From Kineococcus radiotolerans SRS30216 = ATCC BAA-149 (lineage in GTDB: Bacteria; Actinomycetota; Actinomycetes; Actinomycetales; Kineococcaceae): a stretch of 32,000 nt of DNA. Positions 8,134 through 16,693 of the stretch are shown one piece after another; the first letter of the stretch is position 1; each line of letters opens with the position of its first letter. Location: assembly GCF_000017305.1 (NCBI RefSeq), contig NC_009664.2, forward strand, positions 1,170,001-1,202,000. The letters are read 5' to 3'. The notes beneath the pieces are model-generated. The model did not search any database. It saw nothing but the letters and a program-made list of their open reading frames with translations, and had not been told where the DNA came from. The translations under genes and the position numbers were made by a program.

Positions 8134-9153
8134 GTGGGCGTTGTCCGCACGATCGTCTTCCCCGCCCTGAGACTCCTCGTCTGGGCGCTCATCGCCGTCG
8201 CCCTGCTCTACATCGCGTTCGTGCGCGGCTCCGGGGAGGACACCGAGGCCGCCGCCAGCCCCTCCGCCGTCGTCGACCCGCCCGCGGCGGCGGTGGTGCG
8301 AGGCGACGTGACCAACACCGTGTCCCTCCAGGGCAGCATCCAGGCCGACCCGGCCACCACCGTCAAGGCCACCGCGACCGGGGTCGTCGGCAAGGTCCGC
8401 GCCGAGGTCGGCGACGACGTGGAGAAGGGCACCCCGCTGTTCACCGTCGCGGTGACCACCGAACCGCCCCCCGCCACCGACCCCCTCGCCCCGCCCGCCG
8501 CGCCCACCACCCGGACCGTCACCGTCTCCGCGACCGTCCCGGGCACCCTCGCCACCCTCGACGTCCTCCCCCAGCAGGCCGTGACCGTCGGCGACGCCGT
8601 CGCCAGCGTCAGCCCGGGGACCCTCACCGTCTCCGCCCCCATGACCCAGGCCCAGCAGTTCCGCCTCCTCCAGCCCCCCTCGACCGCCCGGGTCACCGTG
8701 CCCGGCGGCCCCGGCACGTTCGAGTGCACCGACCTGCGCACCGGCACCCCCGCGACGACGCCCGAGACCCCCGACCCGGACGCGGGGTACGTCGACCCCT
8801 ACGCCGACCCGTCCTCGGCCATGACCGGGGCGACCGTGTCCTGCGCCGTCCCCGCCGGGGTGCAGGTCTTCGCCGGGCTCAGCGCCACCGTCGACGTCAC
8901 CGCCGGCTCCGCGACCGGGGTCCTGCTGGCGCCGGTCACCGCCGTCCAGGGCAGCGTGGGCACGGGCACGGTGTGGCTCGTGGCCGACGACGGCGCGCAG
9001 GTCGAGACCCAGGTCTCCCTGGGGCTGACCGACGGCCAGAACGTCGAGATCACCCAGGGCCTGGAGGAGGGCCAGCAGATCCTGCAGTTCGTCCCCGGCA
9101 CCGACACCCCGGCCGGCCAGCCCGGCGGCGGGATGTACGGGATGGGCTACTGA
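8134..9153 (+). CDS. HlyD/MacA-like periplasmic adaptor (membrane fusion protein) of an ABC exporter
   Basis: It has an N-terminal TM anchor (IVFPALRLLVWALIAVALLYIAF) and a lipoyl-like hairpin (VKATATGVVGKVRAEVGDDVEKGTPLFTV...ATVPGTLATLDV) split by a Pro/Thr-rich linker. GTG 8134 follows GGAGG (8122-8126); the longest ORF starts at GTG 8092. Its stop overlaps the next start (TGATG). Confidence 0.8.
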   Translation: MGVVRTIVFPALRLLVWALIAVALLYIAFVRGSGEDTEAAASPSAVVDPPAAAVVRGDVTNTVSLQGSIQADPATTVKATATGVVGKVRAEVGDDVEKGTPLFTVAVTTEPPPATDPLAPPAAPTTRTVTVSATVPGTLATLDVLPQQAVTVGDAVASVSPGTLTVSAPMTQAQQFRLLQPPSTARVTVPGGPGTFECTDLRTGTPATTPETPDPDAGYVDPYADPSSAMTGATVSCAVPAGVQVFAGLSATVDVTAGSATGVLLAPVTAVQGSVGTGTVWLVADDGAQVETQVSLGLTDGQNVEITQGLEEGQQILQFVPGTDTPAGQPGGGMYGMGY

Positions 9154-9920
9154 TGGAGGGGACCTCCGCACCGAGCACGCCCGTCACCACCGCCGACGAC
9201 GTCGTCTCCCTGACCGACGTCAGCCGGACGGTGCGCCTGCCCGACGGCGAGGACCTGCACATCCTCACCGGGGTGAACCTGCACATCGCCCGCGGCGAGC
9301 ACGTCGCCGTCGTGGGCCGGTCCGGGTCGGGCAAGTCGACCCTGCTGAACATCGTCGGGCTGCTCGACGCCCCCACCGGCGGCCGGTACCTGCTCGACGG
9401 GAGACCCGTCTCGGGACTGTCCGCCCGCCGCACGGCGAAGCTGCGCGGGCAGACGTTCGGCTTCGTCTTTCAGCAGTTCAACCTGCTGCCCGGGCGCACC
9501 GCGACGGAGAACGTCGCCAACCCGCTGATGTACGCCGGCGGCCGCGACTTCCTGCATCGCAAGCGGACCGCGCGCGCCATGCTGGAACGCGTCGGGCTGG
9601 GCCACCGCCTCGACACCATGCCCGAGAAGCTGTCCGGCGGTGAGCAGCAGCGCGTCGCATTGGCGCGCAGCCTGGTCCGGCGCCCCCGCGTCCTGTTGGC
9701 CGACGAACCCACCGGCGCCCTCGACGTCGACACCGGTTCCGCCGTCATGGACGTGCTCGAGGAACTCGTCCGCGACGACGGCACGACGCTGGTCACCATC
9801 ACCCACGACCTGTCGGTCGCCGCCCGCGCCGACCGGCGGTTCCGCCTCGACCACGGCGTCCTCACCGAGATCACCGCCGACGCCCTGGCGGCGGCCACCG
9901 CGCACCGGGAGACGGTGTGA
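9153..9920 (+). CDS. ABC transporter ATP-binding protein (MacB/LolD-type)
   Basis: Walker A GRSGSGKST, Q-loop FVFQQFNLLP, signature LSGGEQQRVALAR, Walker B LLADEPTGALD and H-loop ITHD are all present. ATG 9153 overlaps the adaptor stop by 1 nt. Confidence 0.93.
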   Translation: MEGTSAPSTPVTTADDVVSLTDVSRTVRLPDGEDLHILTGVNLHIARGEHVAVVGRSGSGKSTLLNIVGLLDAPTGGRYLLDGRPVSGLSARRTAKLRGQTFGFVFQQFNLLPGRTATENVANPLMYAGGRDFLHRKRTARAMLERVGLGHRLDTMPEKLSGGEQQRVALARSLVRRPRVLLADEPTGALDVDTGSAVMDVLEELVRDDGTTLVTITHDLSVAARADRRFRLDHGVLTEITADALAAATAHRETV

Positions 9921-11140
9921 TCGGGCTCCTCGCGGCGATCTCCGAGGCCTGGAGCGAGATCCGCGTCAACCGCGTCCGCGTGGTGCTGTCCCTGGTGGGC
10001 GTCTTCCTCGCCGTCTTCGCCATGACGACCATCACCGCCGCCGGGAACATGGCCCGGCAGATGGTCGGGGAGAGCACCGAACGCTCCTCCGGGCGCCCGG
10101 CCACCATCCGGGTCGACGCCTACCCCATGTCGGCCAGCACCGCCGAGACCCTCCGCACCACGCAGACCGCGCTGCGCGAGGCGGCCACCCGGCACGAGAC
10201 GGCCTGGTGGGGCCTGGCCTCCCAGCAGGGCAGTCAGCTCACGGTGCGCTTCCCCGCCGGCACGCAACTGGTCACCGCCTCCACGGTCGACCCCAGCTAC
10301 GGCACGATGCACCGGGTCATCACCGAGGAGGGCCGCTGGTTCGCGGCATCCGACACGGACGCCTTCGCCCCGCGCCTCGTGGTGAACCGGGCCTTCGCCG
10401 ACCAGCTCGGCGGGTTCGACCCCGCGAACCCGCTCACCGTCGTCCTCGGCGGCGACACCCCGGTGACGGCGACCGTCATCGGCATCTCCTCCTCGGCCAG
10501 CTACGACGCCGCGACCCCGGGGGCGTACGTGCTCAACAGCGACGCCCAGCGGTGGAACCTCACGGGCGACCCGGCCAGCACCGCGGGGCCCGGCCTGGAG
10601 ATGTGGGTGCCCGACGCGGACGCCGAGGCCCTCGTTGCCGCCCTGCAGAGCGAGGTGCAGGCCAGCCTGCCGGGCTACTCGGTGTCCGTCTGGCGCCAGG
10701 ACGCCGGCGCCGAGCTCGGCATCCTCGACACCGTCCTCGCCTACGGCGTGCGCGGCGTCGGGGTCTTCGCGCTGCTGCTCGGCGGCATCGGCGTCCTCAA
10801 CGTCGGGCTGGTCACCGTCCGGCAGCGCATCCGCGAGATCGGCGTGCGGCGCAGCTTCGGCGCCACCGGCAGCCGGGTGTTCTTCGCGGTGCTCTTCGAG
10901 AGCGTCGCGGCCACGTTCGTCGCGGGTCTGCTCGCGGTGATGCTGTCGATCATCCTGGTGTCGAACTTCCCCCTCGACGCCGTCCTGCCCGCGGGGGTCA
11001 CCCTGGAGGACGTCCCGCCGTTCCCGGTGCGGGCCGCGGTGGAGGGGCTCGTCGCCGCGACCCTCGTGGGGGCCCTGGCGGGTCTGGTCCCCGCGACCAT
11101 GGCCGTGCGCGCCAAGGTCATCGACGCCATCCGCTACTGA
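9917..11140 (+). CDS. ABC transporter permease, MacB-like (FtsX domain with large extracytoplasmic loop)
   Basis: There is a GTGA overlap with the ATPase stop (9917-9920). It has an N-terminal TM, an extracytoplasmic domain of about 230 aa, then three C-terminal TMs with the typical RQRIREIGVRRSFGAT segment. Confidence 0.9.
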   Translation: MIGLLAAISEAWSEIRVNRVRVVLSLVGVFLAVFAMTTITAAGNMARQMVGESTERSSGRPATIRVDAYPMSASTAETLRTTQTALREAATRHETAWWGLASQQGSQLTVRFPAGTQLVTASTVDPSYGTMHRVITEEGRWFAASDTDAFAPRLVVNRAFADQLGGFDPANPLTVVLGGDTPVTATVIGISSSASYDAATPGAYVLNSDAQRWNLTGDPASTAGPGLEMWVPDADAEALVAALQSEVQASLPGYSVSVWRQDAGAELGILDTVLAYGVRGVGVFALLLGGIGVLNVGLVTVRQRIREIGVRRSFGATGSRVFFAVLFESVAATFVAGLLAVMLSIILVSNFPLDAVLPAGVTLEDVPPFPVRAAVEGLVAATLVGALAGLVPATMAVRAKVIDAIRY

Positions 11141-11185
11141 CCGGCGCTGCCGACCCGGCGCGGGGCGCCGGCTCCCCCCGACACG

Positions 11186-11221
11186 CCGGGGGCCCGCACG
11201 GTTCCCCGTGCGGGCCCCCGG
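11186..11221. terminator. Perfect 16-bp hairpin (loop TTCC) between convergent permease and cbs genes
   Basis: CCGGGGGCCCGCACGG-TTCC-CCGTGCGGGCCCCCGG read directly. Confidence 0.6.
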
Positions 11222-11230
11222 CGCGGTGCG

Positions 11231-12595
11231 TCAGTGGGAGATGGCCAGGTAGGCCAGCAGGTCGTGGCGGGTGATGACGCCGGTGGGCTTGCCGTCCTCG
11301 ACCACGACGGCGGCGTCGGCGCCGGAGAACACCGAGCGCACGTCCTCGACCGACTGACCCGCCCCGACCAGCGGCAGGGCCGGGCCCATGTGGGCGCTGA
11401 CGGCGTCGGACATCTTCGCCCGGCCGGTGAACAGGGCGTCGAGCAGGGCGCGCTCGTTCACCGCCCCGGCGATCTCACCGGCCATCACGGGCGGTTCGGC
11501 CCCCACGACGGGCAGCTGCGAGACGCCGTACTCACGCATGATCTCGATGACGTCGTGGACGGTCTCGGTGGGGTGGGTGTGCACCAGCGCGGGCAGCCCG
11601 GTGGTCTTCGCGCGCAGCACCTCGCCCACCGTGCCGCGGGCCCCGGAGTCGAGGAACCCGTAGGACGCCATCCAGTCGTCGTTGAAGATCTTGCCGAGGT
11701 AGCCGCGGCCGCCGTCGGGCAGGAGCACGACGACGACGTCGTCGGGGCCGAGGTCCTTCGCCGCGCGCAGGGCCGCGACGACGGCCATCCCGCAGGAGCC
11801 GCCGACCAGCAGACCCTCCTCGCGGGCCAGGCGGCGGGTCATCTCGAAGGAGTCCGCGTCGGAGACGGCGATGATCTCGTCCGGGATCGAGGGGTCGTAG
11901 GCGGTGGGCCAGAAGTCCTCCCCCACCCCCTCGACGAGGTAGGGGCGCCCGGTGCCGCCGGAGTAGACCGAGCCCTCCGGGTCGGCGCCGATGACCTTCA
12001 CCGGGCCCTGCTCCTTGAGGTAGCGGCCGGTGCCGGTGATCGTCCCGCCGGTGCCGACGCCGGTGACGAAGTGGGTGATCCGGCCCTCGGTGTCGGCCCA
12101 GATCTCCGGGCCGGTCGTCTCGTAGTGGCTGCGCGGGCCGTGGACGTTGCTGTACTGGTTCGGCTTCCAGGCGCCCTCGATCTCGCGCACGAGGCGGTCG
12201 GAGACCGAGTAGTAGGACTGCGGGTCCTCCGGCGGGACGGCGGTGGGGCACACGACGACCTCCGCGCCGTAGGCCTTGAGCACGTTCCGCTTGTCGGCGC
12301 CGACCTTGTCGGGGCACACGAAGACGCACTTGTAGCCGCGTTGCTGGGCGACGAGCGCGAGGCCGACGCCGGTGTTGCCGCTGGTGGGCTCGACGATCGT
12401 GCCGCCCGGCTTCAGCAGCCCCTCGGCCTCGGCGGCCTCGATCATGCGGGTCGCGATGCGGTCCTTCACGGAGCCGCCCGGGTTGAGGTACTCGACCTTC
12501 GCGAGCACCGTGCAGGCCAGGCCCTCGGTGACGCGGTTGAGCTTGACCAGCGGGGTCCCGCCCACGAGGTCGACGACGGTCTCGGCGTAGCGCAT
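11231..12595 (-). CDS. cbs: Cystathionine beta-synthase (PLP domain + C-terminal CBS pair)
   Basis: The start is set at ATG 12595 (MRYAETVVDLVGGTPLVKLNR). The PLP-lysine motif is NPGGSVKDR and the product also has SGNTGVGLA. The C-terminus has two CBS-like repeats (TVHDVIEIMREYGVSQLPVV; AAVVVEDGKPTGVITRHDLL). It resembles M. tuberculosis Rv1077. Confidence 0.92.
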   Translation of the reverse strand: MRYAETVVDLVGGTPLVKLNRVTEGLACTVLAKVEYLNPGGSVKDRIATRMIEAAEAEGLLKPGGTIVEPTSGNTGVGLALVAQQRGYKCVFVCPDKVGADKRNVLKAYGAEVVVCPTAVPPEDPQSYYSVSDRLVREIEGAWKPNQYSNVHGPRSHYETTGPEIWADTEGRITHFVTGVGTGGTITGTGRYLKEQGPVKVIGADPEGSVYSGGTGRPYLVEGVGEDFWPTAYDPSIPDEIIAVSDADSFEMTRRLAREEGLLVGGSCGMAVVAALRAAKDLGPDDVVVVLLPDGGRGYLGKIFNDDWMASYGFLDSGARGTVGEVLRAKTTGLPALVHTHPTETVHDVIEIMREYGVSQLPVVGAEPPVMAGEIAGAVNERALLDALFTGRAKMSDAVSAHMGPALPLVGAGQSVEDVRSVFSGADAAVVVEDGKPTGVITRHDLLAYLAISH

Positions 12596-12644
12596 GGCCC
12601 CATCATCCCGCACGGCGACGACGGCCCCCGACGGAGCCCGGGGC

Positions 12645-12998
12645 TCAGAGCGCCCGGCGCACCCGGGCGAGGACCTCGTGCGCGGCGGCGAGCGCCGCAC
12701 CGTCCCCGGCGGCGGCGAGGTCGTGGCCGACGACGGCGAGCTGGTCGCCGAGGCCGTGCGTGGCCAGCCGCGGCAGCGCGCGGCGGGGTTCGCCCTCGGC
12801 GTCGGCGGCGAGGTCGGCCAGGGCCTGGGCCCCGGCCCGGACCGCGTCGGCGGGACTGGTGTCCTCCCCCGGGCGCACCCGCTCCAGGCGGGTCAGCGGC
12901 AGGCTGCGGACGCGGTCGGCCTGCAGGTCCAGGGAGCGCGAGAGCTCGGCGCGCGCGGCCCGCAGGGCCGGCGCACCGAGCTCGTCGGTGTCCTCCAC
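12645..12998 (-). CDS. Hypothetical Ala/Asp/Leu-rich small protein (117 aa)
   Basis: ORF with high third-position GC, sandwiched co-directionally between the BI-1-like gene and cbs. It has a GTG start and no convincing RBS. I recognise no family. Confidence 0.4.
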   Translation of the reverse strand: MEDTDELGAPALRAARAELSRSLDLQADRVRSLPLTRLERVRPGEDTSPADAVRAGAQALADLAADAEGEPRRALPRLATHGLGDQLAVVGHDLAAAGDGAALAAAHEVLARVRRAL

Positions 12999-13017
12999 GA
13001 TCGATCCGACCGGTGGG

Positions 13018-13851
13018 TCAGTCGTTGCCGCGCAGGATCGCGATGAGGCGCAGGATCTCCAGGTACAGCCACACCAGGGTCACCATCAGGCCGAAGCCGG
13101 CGCGCCAGGACTCCTTGACGGGCAGGCCGTTGCGGATGCCCTGCTCGATGTGGTCGAAGTCCAGGACCAGGAACAGCGAGGCCAGGACGACGCCGAAGGC
13201 GCTGACGACGATGGCCAGCAGGCCGCCGCCGGAGTAGACGCTGCCGATGCCCGCGAGGGAGGCGACGAGGTTGACCAGCCCGAAGACCAGGTACCCGATG
13301 CCCGCGATCATCAGCACCTTGGTGAAGCGGGGGCTGTTGCGGACGACGCCCGTCTTGTAGGCGATGAGCATCCCGCCGAAGGCGGCGAGGGTGCCGATGA
13401 CGGCCTGGCCGATGATGCCGTCGTACAGCGAGGCGTACAGGGCGGAGATGCCACCCACGAACGCGCCCTCGACGACCGCGTAGGCGAACATCACACCCGG
13501 GCGGACCTTCTTGGACAGCTGGGCCCACAGGCCCAGGACCATCCCGACCAGCGCGGCACCGATGACGAGGCCGAAGCCCATCTGGCCGGACCGGACGCCG
13601 AGGTACCCGCCGGCGGCACCGACGAGCAGGACCGCGAACAGCGACGCCGTGCGGACCACGACGTCGTCGAGGGTCATCCGGCGCGACTGCGCCGGGGTGG
13701 CGGACGGCTTCTGGTACCAGTCCTGCAGCGTGCGGGCGGAAGCGTCGGCCGGTGCCGCCTGCCGCTGCGCCGAGCTGGGCGCGTCGAACGAGGCGTAGCC
13801 GTTGCCCTTCCACTCCTGGCTGCGTGCGAAGACCGGGTTCTTGCTCTCCAT
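13018..13851 (-). CDS. Bax inhibitor-1/YccA family integral membrane protein
   Basis: The start is ATG 13851, preceded by GGAGGGGAG. The N-terminus MESKNPVF plus a Gln/Ala/Ser-rich cytoplasmic tail is followed by about 7 hydrophobic helices, typical of actinobacterial BI-1/YccA proteins. Confidence 0.85.
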   Translation of the reverse strand: MESKNPVFARSQEWKGNGYASFDAPSSAQRQAAPADASARTLQDWYQKPSATPAQSRRMTLDDVVVRTASLFAVLLVGAAGGYLGVRSGQMGFGLVIGAALVGMVLGLWAQLSKKVRPGVMFAYAVVEGAFVGGISALYASLYDGIIGQAVIGTLAAFGGMLIAYKTGVVRNSPRFTKVLMIAGIGYLVFGLVNLVASLAGIGSVYSGGGLLAIVVSAFGVVLASLFLVLDFDHIEQGIRNGLPVKESWRAGFGLMVTLVWLYLEILRLIAILRGND

Positions 13852-13946
13852 GGCTCCCCTCCGGGGCATTGCGTTCCTGGTGGGTGCAACGGCCGGGCAC
13901 CGGCCGCCGTTCCCCGCCGCGATCACGGAAGCATCACGACTCGGTG

Positions 13947-14030
13947 TACCCGGGACGGGGATCGAACCCGCACGCCGCGAACGGCCCGGGGGTTTAAGCC
14001 CCGTGCGCCTACCAGTTACGCCACCCGGGC
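13947..14030 (-). tRNA. tRNA-Leu, anticodon UAA (type II, long variable arm)
   Basis: Folded by hand from the minus strand. The acceptor is GCCCGGG/CCCGGGT and the D arm is GCG..CGC. The anticodon stem is CGGGG/CCCCG with loop CUUAAAC, giving anticodon UAA. There is a 15-nt variable arm, T arm GCGGG-TTCGATC-CCCGT and discriminator A. CCA is not encoded. Confidence 0.85.
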
Positions 14031-14049
14031 CTGCGCAGGCGACATCCTG

Positions 14050-14925
14050 TCAGCCCGCCCCGGGCGGGGCCTCCCCGGCCAGGCGCGCGGCGCGCCCCAC
14101 CACGTCGTCCAGCATCGCGACCGTCAGCCGGCCGGTGGAGGTGTTCTGCTGGCTCACGTGGTAGCTGCCGAGCAGCCGCACCGGGCCCGCCGGGCCCTCC
14201 AGGACGGCCTCGGCGCCGTGGCCGAACCGCGGCTGCGGGCGCGGCACCGACCAGCCCGCCCGCCGCGCCGCCCCCAGGGCCACCCCCCAGGCGAACCTGC
14301 CGAGGGCGAGCACCACCCGCAGGCCGTCGGCGACGAGGGCGAGCTCGGCGTCCAGCCACGCCGCGCAGGTGTCGCGCTCACCGGTCGTGGGCCGGTTGTC
14401 CGGCGGCGCGCACCGCACGGGGGCCACGATCCGGGTGCGCCGCAGGGCGAGGCCGTCCGCGGCGTGCACGGAGGTGGCCTGCGTGGCCAGCCCCGCCCGG
14501 TGCAGGGCGGCGATGATCCAGTCCCCGGAGCGGTCGCCGGTGAACATCCGGCCCGTCCGGTTCCCGCCGTGCGCCGCGGGGGCCAGGCCCACCACCAGGA
14601 CGCGCGGGTCCCCGACGCCGAGGCTGGGCACCGGGCGCCCCCAGTAGGGCTCCTCGCGGTAGGCGCGGCGCTTGGTCCGGGCGACGTCCTCGCGCCAGGT
14701 CACCAGCCGGGGGCAGGCCCGGCAGACGCCGGCGCGGGCGGACAGCTCGGCGAGGTCGGTCGCGGCGAGCGCGCGCACCTGCTCCGGGTCGTGGGCGACG
14801 GGGGTGTCCGGGCCGGAGGGGTCCCCGGGCCAGCCGGACCCCGGCGGGACCGGGGAGGGGAAGGACCGCCCCGTCGCCGGGTGCTCAGCGGGCGACGGTG
14901 TCGGCGAGGTTGTCGAGGAGTTCAC
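14050..14925 (-). CDS. Uracil-DNA glycosylase, family 4/5 superfamily (family-5 UdgB-like motif, Fe-S cysteines)
   Basis: It has CRACPRL (Fe-S Cys cluster region) and motif [20 protein letters not shown] (GLAPA rather than GEAPG points to family 5). The start is uncertain. GTG 14925 overlaps the upstream SRPBCC gene by 41 nt, and an in-frame GTG at EQ-V-RAL (about 14,780) is an alternative. Confidence 0.8.
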   Translation of the reverse strand: MNSSTTSPTPSPAEHPATGRSFPSPVPPGSGWPGDPSGPDTPVAHDPEQVRALAATDLAELSARAGVCRACPRLVTWREDVARTKRRAYREEPYWGRPVPSLGVGDPRVLVVGLAPAAHGGNRTGRMFTGDRSGDWIIAALHRAGLATQATSVHAADGLALRRTRIVAPVRCAPPDNRPTTGERDTCAAWLDAELALVADGLRVVLALGRFAWGVALGAARRAGWSVPRPQPRFGHGAEAVLEGPAGPVRLLGSYHVSQQNTSTGRLTVAMLDDVVGRAARLAGEAPPGAG

Positions 14926-15328
14926 CGTAGATCCGGTCCAGTCCGCGCGGGGCGAAGGTGCGCTCGAAGAAGCCGCCGATCCCGTCCGCGCCGTTCCACT
15001 CGCTGGTCACGACGACCTCGGAGGCCTCCGGCCCGTCGGCCTCGACCCGCCAGGTGGTGACCATGGAGGAGTTCTCGTCGCTCTCGACCAGGGCGTGCCG
15101 GTCGGTGGCGGACACCAGCGCGTGGACGTCGCGGACGCGCTTGCGGGTCGCGTGCAGCTTCCAGCGGACCTGGGTCCCCGGCCCCTGGCCCCCCTCGACG
15201 ACCTCGTAGTCGGTGAACTGCTCGGGCAGCAACCGCGGGCGCGTGCCGCTGTAGTCGGCCAGCGCGGCGAGGACGCGCTCGGCGGGCGCGTCGATGCGTC
15301 GGGTGGTCGTGGCGGTCACGGTGCGCAT
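14885..15328 (-). CDS. SRPBCC (START/polyketide-cyclase-like) family protein
   Basis: About 147 aa. The N-terminus [20 protein letters not shown] is the typical SRPBCC opening. ATG 15328 is preceded by AGGTGGGAAG. Confidence 0.8.
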   Translation of the reverse strand: MRTVTATTTRRIDAPAERVLAALADYSGTRPRLLPEQFTDYEVVEGGQGPGTQVRWKLHATRKRVRDVHALVSATDRHALVESDENSSMVTTWRVEADGPEASEVVVTSEWNGADGIGGFFERTFAPRGLDRIYGELLDNLADTVAR

Positions 15329-15366
15329 GCTTCCCACCTTGCCAGATCTGCGGTTGGCTGTGACGC

Positions 15367-15735
15367 GTGGTGACCGGTGACACCCTGCGCGCCTGGGCCC
15401 TGGAGCTGCCCGAGGCCCACGAGGAGGAGACCTGGGGGGCGGCGACGTTCCGGGTCCGGGCGAAGATCTTCGCGATCCTGCGGGCCGAGGACGGGGTCGT
15501 CTCCGTCAAGGCCTCCCCGGTCGACCAGGCCGAGCTCATCGCCGGCGACCCGCGGACCTACCGGGTCGCCTCGCACGTGGGCCGCTTCGGCTGGGTCGAG
15601 GTGTCGCTGGCCGGCGCGGACCCGACGGAGCTGCGCTCGGTCCTGCTCGAGGCGTGGCGCCGCACCGCGCCGCGGCGCGTGCAGTCCGCCCTCCCCGACC
15701 ACCTGCGCGCCCTGCTGCCCGCCCCGCCGGGGTGA
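15367..15735 (+). CDS. MmcQ/YjbR family DNA-binding protein
   Basis: 122 aa. The segment LRAWALELPEAHEEETWGAATFRVRAKIFAIL matches the YjbR/MmcQ family pattern. Confidence 0.78.
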   Translation: MVTGDTLRAWALELPEAHEEETWGAATFRVRAKIFAILRAEDGVVSVKASPVDQAELIAGDPRTYRVASHVGRFGWVEVSLAGADPTELRSVLLEAWRRTAPRRVQSALPDHLRALLPAPPG

Positions 15736-15751
15736 CCGGTGGCCCGGGGGC

Positions 15752-16693
15752 TCACCCGTTCCCGGCGAGGCCGAACGCGATGCCGTCGAGGAGGTCGTGC
15801 TCGCTGGTGACGACCTCGGTGATCCCCGCCTCGGCCTCCACGCGCTCCAGCACCGCGCGCCAGACCAGCGCCCCGGCACCGATGACGTCGACGCGGCCGG
15901 GGTGCACGAAGGGCAGGGCGGCCCGTTCGGCGCGGGTGGCGCGCAGCAGCCGGTCGCAGGCGTCGCGCACCTGCGCCACGGGCAGCCGGACCCCGTGCAG
16001 CGCACCGGGGACGTACTGCGCCAGGTCCAGGGCGGCGGCGGTGATCGTGGTGATCGAGCCGGCGACCCCGACGAGGGTGCGGGTGCGCGCCAGCGGGACG
16101 TCGCTGCCGGCGAGGGCGGCCTCGACGTCGGCGCGGGCCGCGGCGACCTGCGCGGGGGTGGGCGGGTCGTCGTGCAGGTGCCGCTCGGTCAGCCGGACCG
16201 AGCCGACGTCGAGGGAGCGGGCGGACTCGACGTCGCGCTCGCCCAGGACGAGCTCGGTGGACCCCCCGCCGAGGTCGACGACGAGGAAGGGTGCCCCCGC
16301 ACCGCCGAGCTCGCGGGTGGCGCCGGCGAAGCCGAGGGCGGCCTCCTCCTCGCCGGTGACGACGTCGGGCAGGACGCCGAGGCGGCTGAGGACCCCGGCG
16401 GCGAACTCGTCGCGGTTGGCGACGTCGCGCGAGGCGGAGGTCGCCACGAACCGCACCGCGGCGGGGTCGACGCCGTGGCGGCGGACGAGCTCCGCGGCCC
16501 GGTCGAGGGCGGAGAAGGTGCGCTGCAGCGCTTCGGGGGCGAAGACGCCGGTGCGGTCGACGCCCTGGCCGAGGCGGACGACCTCCATGGTCCGTTCGAG
16601 CTCGACGCTCGTCCCGGCGGCGGCGTCGACGTCGGCGACGAGCAGGCGCAGCGAGTTCGTCCCGCAGTCGACGGCGGCGACGCGGCGGGTCAC
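15752..16693 (-). CDS. ppx: Ppx/GppA family exopolyphosphatase / guanosine pentaphosphate phosphohydrolase
   Basis: The start is set at GTG 16693, which overlaps the DUF501 stop (GTGA). The N-terminus RVAAVDCGTNSLRLLVADV and the later segment LVVDLGGGSTELV are the ASKHA phosphate-binding motifs. Its position after the DUF501 gene matches Rv1026. Confidence 0.9.
   Translation of the reverse strand: MTRRVAAVDCGTNSLRLLVADVDAAAGTSVELERTMEVVRLGQGVDRTGVFAPEALQRTFSALDRAAELVRRHGVDPAAVRFVATSASRDVANRDEFAAGVLSRLGVLPDVVTGEEEAALGFAGATRELGGAGAPFLVVDLGGGSTELVLGERDVESARSLDVGSVRLTERHLHDDPPTPAQVAAARADVEAALAGSDVPLARTRTLVGVAGSITTITAAALDLAQYVPGALHGVRLPVAQVRDACDRLLRATRAERAALPFVHPGRVDVIGAGALVWRAVLERVEAEAGITEVVTSEHDLLDGIAFGLAGNG

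Noticed and set aside
7903-9171. 422-aa minus-strand ORF, and the N-terminal 370 aa of plus ORF 8031..9920, overlapping the HlyD-like gene
   Set aside because: Both are Arg/Gly/Pro/His-rich. The ABC ATPase clearly begins at ATG 9153, directly coupled to the adaptor stop, and the adaptor frame carries the TM and lipoyl-like motifs.
11234-13237. 667-aa plus-strand ORF opposite cbs
   Set aside because: It is antisense to cbs, which has PLP and CBS-domain motifs, and its composition is shadow-like.
13947-14030. tRNA gene as an integration site for a genomic island or prophage
   Set aside because: There is no integrase, excisionase, phage or transposase gene on either side. I saw no direct repeat of the tRNA 3' end in the window. 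The neighbours are ordinary housekeeping genes with the same composition.
14885-14925. 41-nt overlap between the SRPBCC gene 3' end and the UDG gene 5' end as a possible programmed overlap
   Set aside because: It is most likely an artefact of taking the longest ORF. The UDG N-terminal 50 residues are Pro/Ser/Gly-rich and an in-frame GTG further downstream gives a conventional N-terminus before the CRACPRL motif.
12760-15060. 766-aa plus-strand ORF crossing the BI-1-like gene, the tRNA and the UDG gene
   Set aside because: It runs straight through a well-folded tRNA gene and is antisense to two recognisable genes. It is a shadow ORF.
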